Below are positions 35,147 to 41,974 of a stretch of DNA of 41,974 nt, in pieces. Numbering within the stretch: position 1 is the first letter of the stretch; every line of letters starts with the position of its first letter. The position numbers and the translations under genes are program-made. This DNA is from a bacterium (GTDB lineage Bacteria; SAR324; XYD2-FULL-50-16), in contig JAVVEA010000023.1 of the NCBI GenBank assembly GCA_032250835.1, positions 1 to 41,974 on the forward strand. The letters run 5' to 3'. The notes beneath the pieces were generated by a model that had not been told where the DNA came from, did no database searches, and saw nothing but the letters and a program-made list of their open reading frames with translations.

Positions 35147-37291
35147 TTAGGGGCGGGTGATCAGGTAACAATGGTGGATTTTCGGGCTCCGCTCAAAGTC
35201 TTTAGGCAGTGTGCGGGCGGTGATGTCTTCGATTTCGAAACTACTGAGGGCGTCGTATTCCAGCTTAAAGTCTCTAAAGTTATTGCTGAAGATCAAGGTG
35301 CCGCCCTTGGCCAAGCGCTTCATACAGGTGTGGATCAACCGCACATGGGCGGACTGCACATCAAAGCTGTCGCGCATGGACTTAGAGTTAGAAAAGGTCG
35401 GTGGGTCGCAGAAGATCAGGTCGTATTGATTGCGGTCCTGCTCAATCCACTGCAAAACATCTTCACGCAAGAGCACATGAGACTTGGTGTTCAGCCCGTT
35501 GTGCTCAAGGTTTTCTGCGGCCCAGTCTAGGTAGCCTTGGTTCAGGTCCACACTGACGCTGCCCTTGGCCCCCCCAGCGGCGGCGTATACGGTGACCGCG
35601 CCGGTATAACAAAAGAGGTTTAAGAAGCGCTTCCCGGCGGCCATTTTTTTGATCATCGCGCGGGTGCTGCGGTGGTCTAAGAATAGGCCCGTGTCCAGGT
35701 AACTTTCGAGGTTTACCTTAAAGCGCAGCCCGCCTTCGATGACGCTGCGGATGCAAGGTTCGATCTCGCGCTTTTCGTATTGCTCCTTGCCCTTTTGCCG
35801 CTGGCGGCGCTTTAGGTGTAGCTGTGCGGGCTTATAATCAAAGTCTTTGATCAACCGCAGCAACACGTCTTGCAACCGCTTTTTGGCTACATGAGGGTCC
35901 AACTCTTTAGGCGGGCTCCACTCGCTTAGGTGCAGGTGGCTGCCGTATCGGTCGATGGTTAGGTTGTACTCGGGCAGGTCCCGGTCATAGATGCGGTAGG
36001 CCTCGGTGCCCTCCTTCTTGGCCCAGGGCTCGAATTTCTTTAGGTTCTTTTTGAGCCGGTTGGTGAAGGCTTCGGACTCTTCGGCGGGCTCCCGCTCCGG
36101 TAGCGGCAAGCGACCCGGCGGTTTGCGCTCGAAGACCGGGGCGGTGCCTAGGTCAAAGCGCAGCAAGCGGCATTCGATAGCACCGTTGTAAAATTTATGC
36201 TGCCGCTTGGCTTTGATCCCCATCTCTAGGCCCAATTCGGGGCTTCCGGTCAACATAGCCAACTCAAAGCCCGGCGCATCGGTGGTCAGTCGTTGGCCAA
36301 TTTGTCGGTACAGCGGCTTGAGCACTTCGGTGTCGCCGATCCGCTCGCCGTAGGGCGGGTTGGTGGCGATCAGGCCACCCAAATCGATCAGGTCCTTGGG
36401 CAGGGCAAAGTCCTTAAAGGCCCGTTGCTCAAAGGTGACGCAGTCCGGCAGGCCCGCTGAGAGCAGGTTGGAGCGAGCCGCCGAGATAGCCCCGGTGCTC
36501 TGGTCCCAGCCGTAAATTGGTGGGGGGTAGTCGTGGATTTCTACCGATTCGGCGTGGTCGATCAGCTCGTCCCAAAGGGCTGGGTCGTGTTTTTTCCATT
36601 GGCTAAAGCCCCAGCGCTCCCGCAGCAAGCCCGGTGCCGCGTTGAGCGCGATCATCGCCCCTTCGATCAGCAGCGTGCCGGAACCGCAGAAAGGGTCGAG
36701 CAACGCCTTGCCTTCTTTGGCCATCTCAGGCCAGCGGGCCCGTAGTAAGAGCCCGGCGGCGAGGTTCTCGCGCAGCGGCGCTTCGACGCTCATCTTACGG
36801 TAGCCGCGGTGCGACAGTGGTGCACCGGCGAGGTCCAAGCTCAAGAGCCCGGTCCGGCCATCTAAAAGCAGGTGGAAGCGCAGGTCCGGTGCCTCTAAAT
36901 CCACCGTGGGGCGCTCACCGGTCTGGGCCCGGAAGGCATCGACCAGGGCGTCTTTGGCTTTGAGACGCAGAAAGTGGCTGTTCTTAAAGGGGGAGCCCAA
37001 AAGGTCCACCTCAAAGGAAAAGCTGGACGATAGGTCCATTTGAGAAAACCAATCGTACTTAAGCAGGGCGTCGTAAAGTTGGGCTTCGTTGAAGCAGTCA
37101 AACTGCATCAGCGGCCAATAGATGCGGTTGGCGACCCGAGACCAAAGCAGGGCCTTGTAGGCTCCGGCAAGATCGGTCACCAAGCGGACGCCACTGTGCC
37201 CCGGACGGGCATCGGCAATACCCAGGCCATGTAGCTCTTCCACTAATAACTCTTCGAGCCCCTTAGGTGCGCTGGCAAAGAGGCTGATCAT
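35147..37291 (-). CDS. rlmKL: Bifunctional 23S rRNA m2G2445/m7G2069 methyltransferase
   Basis: THUMP region, HRGYR..APLREN, DPFCGSGT, NPPYGER; second MTase YLDTGLFLDHR, FLNLFCYTG, DPPTFSNSK. Confidence 0.96.
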   Translation of the reverse strand: MISLFASAPKGLEELLVEELHGLGIADARPGHSGVRLVTDLAGAYKALLWSRVANRIYWPLMQFDCFNEAQLYDALLKYDWFSQMDLSSSFSFEVDLLGSPFKNSHFLRLKAKDALVDAFRAQTGERPTVDLEAPDLRFHLLLDGRTGLLSLDLAGAPLSHRGYRKMSVEAPLRENLAAGLLLRARWPEMAKEGKALLDPFCGSGTLLIEGAMIALNAAPGLLRERWGFSQWKKHDPALWDELIDHAESVEIHDYPPPIYGWDQSTGAISAARSNLLSAGLPDCVTFEQRAFKDFALPKDLIDLGGLIATNPPYGERIGDTEVLKPLYRQIGQRLTTDAPGFELAMLTGSPELGLEMGIKAKRQHKFYNGAIECRLLRFDLGTAPVFERKPPGRLPLPEREPAEESEAFTNRLKKNLKKFEPWAKKEGTEAYRIYDRDLPEYNLTIDRYGSHLHLSEWSPPKELDPHVAKKRLQDVLLRLIKDFDYKPAQLHLKRRQRQKGKEQYEKREIEPCIRSVIEGGLRFKVNLESYLDTGLFLDHRSTRAMIKKMAAGKRFLNLFCYTGAVTVYAAAGGAKGSVSVDLNQGYLDWAAENLEHNGLNTKSHVLLREDVLQWIEQDRNQYDLIFCDPPTFSNSKSMRDSFDVQSAHVRLIHTCMKRLAKGGTLIFSNNFRDFKLEYDALSSFEIEDITARTLPKDFERSPKIHHCYLITRP

Positions 37292-37722
37292 CGGTGCTTC
37301 TCCAATAGTTGGGCCAGGGATTCGGCGCGTTTGCGGTTCACTCCTAAGTCAGAATGACCTAAGCGCGAAGCGGAGCGCAGATGTAACAGACCGGCGTCGC
37401 GGTCATATAAAAGTTCCAGGTCGTCTTTGAAGCGGAAGACCCGGCTGGTAAACACCACATGCAAATAGTCCGGCCCTTCTTCGCCCAATTCGTGTTGCCC
37501 CAGTTGCCCCAGCACCGCTTTGACCGGGGCGAAGGGCTCTTCGCTCGGCAGCGCAATGGCAATAGGCTCAACCCGGTGTTCGCCGGGCGGCGCAAAGCTG
37601 CTGACGCAGTTGGGTTTGTCTGGGCAGGGGGCCAGTTTTCCGTCCTGAATCCCCAACCCATCGGGGCGCGGGGTGGCGCAGGCGGCCAGCAGGCCGATCG
37701 AAAGCAACCAAATTCGGTGCAT
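37288..37722 (-). CDS. DUF1499 family lipoprotein
   Basis: Lipobox LLAAC; CPDKPNCVSS, FRFKDDLE, RSASRLGHSDLGVNRKR. Confidence 0.9.
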   Translation of the reverse strand: MHRIWLLSIGLLAACATPRPDGLGIQDGKLAPCPDKPNCVSSFAPPGEHRVEPIAIALPSEEPFAPVKAVLGQLGQHELGEEGPDYLHVVFTSRVFRFKDDLELLYDRDAGLLHLRSASRLGHSDLGVNRKRAESLAQLLEKHR

Positions 37723-37781
37723 GGGTTTCCTTGTTGAAAATCCGTTCAGGCTAGCCTGATCGCTTCATTTGGCAAAGCCCT

Positions 37782-38453
37782 TTAATGGTTCAAACGCAAG
37801 AACTCGTCAGCGCCCTTCTGGAACCGGTAGCGGGACTCCACCAGATCAACCCGGACCCCCCGCTTACGGAAGTGTTCAATCACCGGACGCAGGTGGATCG
37901 ATTCCTGGCAAGCTAGGTTAACTAGGGGATAAATCCGCACCTCCGGGGCGAGCCGCAACATTTCTTCTAAAGACCTCAAGTGAAAATCCAGGTCCAGTAG
38001 CTGGTCATATAAAAATAAGAAATGCGAGCAAAGGGCCAGGGAAAAACGCCCAGGTTTTAAGGGTAAATTGGGCAAGGCCCCGGCCAGATAGCGCCCCTCG
38101 GCCCGGCCCAGGCGGTAATCTGACAAAAAGACGGCCAAGGCCTCAAAGCGCGCTTGGCGCAGGCCCTCCAAATCGCCGTAGCGGCTCCAGTCAAACTGGT
38201 CGGCGGCGCAGTGGGTTTGTTTTAAGATATTGGGTGCCGCCTCCATCACCTTGCTTTCGATGGCCTCACCCTGCAACTGGTAGAGCGGATCGACCGAGAC
38301 TACCTCCCGCCCGCGCGCATGCAGCCCGGCGTTAAAGCCCGAAGGACCCTCGGCAACCGCCAAGACGGGACCGATCGGGGCCCGATCGAGCAAAAACATA
38401 TCTTCATACTCCGCCAGCCCGCGTCCCCAAACAACCACTTGATCATATTTCAT
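37782..38453 (-). CDS. Class I SAM-dependent methyltransferase-like protein
   Basis: GRGLAEYEDMF, EGPSGFN, VDPLY, LPNLP..FSLALCSHFLFLY, EVRIYPL. Confidence 0.82.
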   Translation of the reverse strand: MKYDQVVVWGRGLAEYEDMFLLDRAPIGPVLAVAEGPSGFNAGLHARGREVVSVDPLYQLQGEAIESKVMEAAPNILKQTHCAADQFDWSRYGDLEGLRQARFEALAVFLSDYRLGRAEGRYLAGALPNLPLKPGRFSLALCSHFLFLYDQLLDLDFHLRSLEEMLRLAPEVRIYPLVNLACQESIHLRPVIEHFRKRGVRVDLVESRYRFQKGADEFLRLNH

Positions 38454-38459
38454 CGGTAC

Positions 38460-38927
38460 CTACATAGGGCAAATCATGCTGGCACGGTCGGTTTTGTCGA
38501 TAAAGCCGCGCTTGGTGTAAAAGCCGCTTTGAAAGGAGTCGCGGTGGCGTCCCGTAAACAAACTGACCCGGCTGGCCCCACGCGCCACGGCCCGTTCTTT
38601 GACCCAGTCCAACAACAGCGAGCCCACCCCTTGGCGCTGGTGCTCTGATTCAACAAAAAGCTCCGAAAGGTACCATTCTGCTTCGGGCAAGAAAAAATAG
38701 GGCACTTGGTGGCAATGGGCATACCCGACCACGCGGCCCGCTTCGTTGACCGCCACTTGGCACTCCTGGGTGGGCGAGTCGAGGGTTTCGCGCAGGAAGG
38801 ATTTAACCCGGTCTTCTTGCAGTTTGGGGTCCTGGGCCGAAAATTCCTCAAACCAGCCCAGCTGGTCTAAAATCCGGGCAATCGGCTTGGCATCGGCCAG
38901 CATGGCGGGGCGCAGGGTGGTTTTCAT
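38460..38927 (-). CDS. GNAT family N-acetyltransferase
   Basis: LSELFVESEHQRQGVGSLLL acetyl-CoA motif; FYTKRGF. Confidence 0.9.
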   Translation of the reverse strand: MKTTLRPAMLADAKPIARILDQLGWFEEFSAQDPKLQEDRVKSFLRETLDSPTQECQVAVNEAGRVVGYAHCHQVPYFFLPEAEWYLSELFVESEHQRQGVGSLLLDWVKERAVARGASRVSLFTGRHRDSFQSGFYTKRGFIDKTDRASMICPM

Positions 38928-38930
38928 ACC

Positions 38931-38955
38931 GTTACATTTTGTTGCAAAGCCTTAC
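38931..38955. promoter_or_regulatory. CpxR/OmpR-type tandem direct-repeat box
   Basis: Minus strand GTAAG-N5-GCAAC-N5-GTAAC (10-bp period), similar to GTAAA-N5-GTAAA; lies just upstream of TTGAAG..TATTCT in front of the spy-like gene. Confidence 0.55.
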
Positions 38956-39047
38956 GGCTGGTTGAAGAAGCTTTTTGCAGGAGCGCTATTCTAGGATCAA
39001 CTTCAACGCAGTCAAGCGTTACTGTCAACCCGAACTCAGGAGTTCCC

Positions 39048-39518
39048 ATGAGAACCGGACGTTTCACCAGCTTCTTTATCCTCTTGGCCTCGGCTACCTT
39101 CCTCTTTAGCGGCATCGCCCAGGCCGGATGGTTCAAAAAGACCCCAGAAGAAAGGGCCCAGCGGATGGTCGAGAAGGTAACCGACGAATTGGATTTGTCG
39201 GCAGAACAACAAATCCAACTCAAAGAATATGTAACCGAGGTGATGGCCTTTGCTAAGGAAAACCGCCCCGAGCGCGGTAGCATGATGGATCTGGCGATTG
39301 AGCAGGTCCAGAGTGGAAAGATTGACCAAAGTCGCGTAAAGGAAGAGATAGACACCCACCGTCAGCGCATTGAAGCCATTGCCACCAAGGCTTTGGAGCG
39401 AGCCGACCAATTCTTGCAGACCTTGACCCCTGAGCAACGCGGCAAGCTGGTCGAACATCTTCAAGAGATGAAAGAGCGTTTCGCCGAAGGCGGCCACCAC
39501 CGGGGATTTTGGCATTAA
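39048..39518 (+). CDS. Spy/CpxP-family periplasmic protein
   Basis: Signal peptide; LDLSAEQ and LTPEQR (LTxxQ) motifs; AGGAG RBS. Confidence 0.85.
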   Translation: MRTGRFTSFFILLASATFLFSGIAQAGWFKKTPEERAQRMVEKVTDELDLSAEQQIQLKEYVTEVMAFAKENRPERGSMMDLAIEQVQSGKIDQSRVKEEIDTHRQRIEAIATKALERADQFLQTLTPEQRGKLVEHLQEMKERFAEGGHHRGFWH

Positions 39519-39527
39519 CGAGGACCT

Positions 39528-40226
39528 ATGTCTCAGAAGATATTTATCATCGATGACGACGAAAAGCTGGTCGAGCTTCTAAAGACCTACCTCAGTAGCT
39601 TTGGCTATGTGGTGGAAGCCCGCTTCGATCCCGAGGCGGGCTTAAAGGCCCTAGAAACCGCCCAAGCAGACCTGCTGATTCTAGACGTTATGTTGCCGGG
39701 CTTCGACGGGTTTGAAGCCCTACGCCGTCTGCGCGGGCATTCAAACCTGCCGGTGATCATGTTGACCGCCCGAGGCGATTTGACCGACCGGGTGGTCGGG
39801 TTAGAGATCGGCGCGGACGACTATCTCCCCAAACCCTTTGAGCCCCGCGAACTGGTCGCCCGTATCCAAACGGTACTGCGGCGCTCCAGCGGGCGGGCCA
39901 CTAAGTCTAAACAGGTGTTCGGCTCCTTGGAAATCGACTTTAAGAGCCACCAAGTGAGCTTAGCAGGCAACCCCGTAGACTTGACCAGCACCGAGTACCA
40001 ACTCTTGAGCCTCTTGGCCCAACATGCCGGAGAGGTCTTGAGTCGGGATCAGATCATGGAAGAGGTCGCCGGGATAGAGTGGGAATCCTTTAACCGCAGC
40101 ATTGATGTCTTGGTCAGTCGCCTGCGCCATAAGCTAGGCGACGACCCCAAACACCCTCGTTTTCTTAAAACCGTCTGGGGTTCGGGATATATGTTTTTTG
40201 ACCTGGCCCAAGGGAGCGCCCCATGA
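39528..40226 (+). CDS. OmpR/CpxR-family response regulator
   Basis: LILDVMLP, GADDYLPKPF, winged helix RSIDVLVSRLR...KTVWGSGY. Confidence 0.95.
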   Translation: MSQKIFIIDDDEKLVELLKTYLSSFGYVVEARFDPEAGLKALETAQADLLILDVMLPGFDGFEALRRLRGHSNLPVIMLTARGDLTDRVVGLEIGADDYLPKPFEPRELVARIQTVLRRSSGRATKSKQVFGSLEIDFKSHQVSLAGNPVDLTSTEYQLLSLLAQHAGEVLSRDQIMEEVAGIEWESFNRSIDVLVSRLRHKLGDDPKHPRFLKTVWGSGYMFFDLAQGSAP

Positions 40227-41521
40227 TGGATTGGTTCCGCAACCGTTCGCTGTTCGTTAAGCTGCTGTTGGTGCTGGTGGTTGCCGCGCTGTTGATCAAT
40301 TTGGCGGTGGGCTGGTTTTTTGGTCACTTTTTGGGCAGCCAACGCAAGATCTTTGGTCGTTTTATCCAGGGCTGTACCCATTACGTGATGGAAAGCCTGG
40401 GCGACCCGCCGCAACTAGACAAAGCCCGAGAGGTGGGTGAACGGATGGGCCTGGACTTTCGGCTTGAATCGCCGGACGGCGGTTTCGCTACCGCCGAATG
40501 GGTGCCCTATGCTTCGGAAGTGGCCTTCCGCCACAACCATCCAGGTTCCAAGAATCGACCCCTGCGGCTGGGTCGTGCCGGGGACCGTCCGATCTTGCAG
40601 ATCCAACAGGGGGACCACCGTCTCTTGGCGGTGCCGCGTTTTGAACTCAGTGACCGAGCTCCTTGGCCGGAGCTGTTGGCCCTGTTGAGCGTGCTTTCCC
40701 TTTTGTTTATCGGCTCTTGGTATATGCTGCGCCGCCTCTTTCGGCCCTTGCAGGAGTTGGACGGCGCGGTACGGCAAGTCACCCAAGGCAACCTGTTAGT
40801 CCGCCTGCCCGAGCGCAGTAAAGACGAACTGGGCAATCTGGCCCGGGCCTTCAACCAAATGACCGAACAGGTGCGCCGGGACCTGCACTCGAAAGAACAA
40901 CTGTTATATAATGTAAGCCACGAATTGCGTAGCCCCTTAACCCGGATGCGTTTGTCTCTTGAGTTCTTGCCGGATGGGAAGGAACGCGAGGGATTAGTGG
41001 ACGAGTTGGGGCAGATGGAAGCGATGATCGACGAGCTTTTGGAATCCGCCCGGCTAGACAGCGAACATGGCGTCTTGGACTTGGCCCCGCTGGAACTGGG
41101 CTCCTTGTTGCGCGGCTTGGCCGAACGGCAGGGTCCGGGCGTGGTTTTAGAAGAGCCTGCCGAGCGGTTGCGGGTTTCAGGCGACTTTAGACGCTTAGAG
41201 CGCCTGTTCCGTAACTTGATCGAAAACGGGGTCAAGTACAGCCCCGCCGGGAGTCAGGTCGAAATCTTGCTCAGCCGCCAAGGGGACCAAGCCCTAGTGG
41301 AGGTCTGCGACCAGGGGCCGGGCATCCCCGAGGCGGACCTGCCGCACCTCTTTGAGCCCTTTTACCGGGTAGACAAGAGCCGCAACACTAAGACCGGGGG
41401 CTACGGCTTGGGCTTAGCCTTGGTCCGCCAGATCGCTGAGGCCCACAAGGGCAAGGTTTCAGTCACCTGCAGTCCCAATCAGCGGACCTGTTTTTCGGTC
41501 TTATTACCGTTGATCCAATAG
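40223..41521 (+). CDS. HAMP-domain sensor histidine kinase (CpxA-like)
   Basis: Two TMs, HAMP DELGNLARAFNQM, SHELRSPL, NLIENGVKY, DQGPG, GYGLGL; ATGA overlap with the RR. Confidence 0.95.
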   Translation: MMDWFRNRSLFVKLLLVLVVAALLINLAVGWFFGHFLGSQRKIFGRFIQGCTHYVMESLGDPPQLDKAREVGERMGLDFRLESPDGGFATAEWVPYASEVAFRHNHPGSKNRPLRLGRAGDRPILQIQQGDHRLLAVPRFELSDRAPWPELLALLSVLSLLFIGSWYMLRRLFRPLQELDGAVRQVTQGNLLVRLPERSKDELGNLARAFNQMTEQVRRDLHSKEQLLYNVSHELRSPLTRMRLSLEFLPDGKEREGLVDELGQMEAMIDELLESARLDSEHGVLDLAPLELGSLLRGLAERQGPGVVLEEPAERLRVSGDFRRLERLFRNLIENGVKYSPAGSQVEILLSRQGDQALVEVCDQGPGIPEADLPHLFEPFYRVDKSRNTKTGGYGLGLALVRQIAEAHKGKVSVTCSPNQRTCFSVLLPLIQ

Positions 41522-41535
41522 CCAGCCGTTGAGCT

Positions 41536-41563
41536 AAGGGCTTCAGGCCTCCCTGAAGCCCTT
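41536..41563 (+). terminator. Hairpin downstream of the HK, probable terminator
   Basis: AAGGGCTTCAGG-CCTC-CCTGAAGCCCTT perfect 12-bp stem; weak U-tract. Confidence 0.55.
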
Positions 41564-41722
41564 CCCAGGCCCCTTTCAGGGTGCCATAGTTCCCCCTCAA
41601 AATCCCCCTATATATAAGTGTAAGTTCCACCCGGTGGCTTGCGCTGTTCTGTTTTTAATCCTACCTAAGCCTTTATCTATGGGCATCTAGAAGAAAATAC
41701 TGCTTTTTCTTCAACTTCCCCC

Positions 41723-41825
41723 TCAAGTTTTTTTTAGACGCTCCGATAAGGAATCAAGACGCGAAGGAGCGGGAAATAAAAAAGAGCAACAAAAAGCTCA
41801 AGTTTTCCCAGCAACCTTCCGACAA
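41723..41825 (+). promoter_or_regulatory. Two tandem sigma-28 (FliA)-like promoters
   Basis: TCAAGTTT-N11-TCCGATAA (41723-41749) and TCAAGTTT-N12-TCCGACAA (41798-41825) versus consensus TAAAGTTT-N11-GCCGATAA, upstream of flagellin. Confidence 0.75.
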
Positions 41826-41883
41826 GGAAACAAAGGCAAGAGCCCAAAAGGCAATTAGGCAAAAAAGCTCCCTGAGGGGCAGA

Positions 41884-41900
41884 GATTCTAGGAGAGAATC
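41884..41900 (+). promoter_or_regulatory. Hairpin presenting the SD as an AGGAG loop (CsrA-type site)
   Basis: GATTCT-AGGAG-AGAATC perfect 6-bp stem immediately before the ATG. Confidence 0.6.
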
Positions 41901-41974
41901 ATGAGCTTGAAAATCAACCATAACGTAGCGGCGCTGAACTCATGGCGCAACTTACAGAAGACGGACTCTGAGAT
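41901..41974 (+). CDS. fliC: Flagellin (N-terminus; runs off the right edge)
   Basis: Manual translation MSLKINHNVAALNSWRNLQKTDSE is a typical flagellin N-terminus; RBS and sigma-28 promoters upstream. Confidence 0.88.
   Translation, partial: MSLKINHNVAALNSWRNLQKTDSE

Overview
Chromosomal window (~55-57% GC by eye) from a motile Gram-negative bacterium. A deltaproteobacterial/SAR324-like origin is an impression from gene style and cannot be proven here. It runs from a truncated fliG (left edge) to the first 24 codons of a flagellin with tandem sigma-28-like promoters (right edge). The right half is mostly housekeeping: FKBP PPIase, exported TPR protein, bactofilin, pheT-pheS-gatA, rlmKL, DUF1499, methyltransferase, GNAT and a Spy/CpxP-OmpR-HK module. 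The left half is dense in unusual signalling. (1) An orphan LuxR is followed by a lux-box-like palindrome and -10 with the same 21-nt spacing as the V. fischeri luxI promoter, but this precedes a 79-aa helical protein instead of luxI. (2) A ~14.7-kb co-directional minus-strand run encodes a 2005-aa pseudokinase-AAA-GAF-HisK-REC-PAS protein ending in a ChiS-type DNA-binding domain, a CxxCxxxC protein, a Cys-less rhodanese-NifU fusion, a FecR protein, an exported TPR-CHAT protease and a class I adenylate cyclase with a TerB-like tail. (3) There is also a candidate sRNA with an intrinsic terminator, a SiaB-SiaC fusion, a tandem-TerB protein and a composite REP/MITE-like repeat with covarying GNA-triloop hairpins. 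No rRNA, tRNA, CRISPR array or transposase was recognised. All family calls come from recalled motifs, not from database searches.
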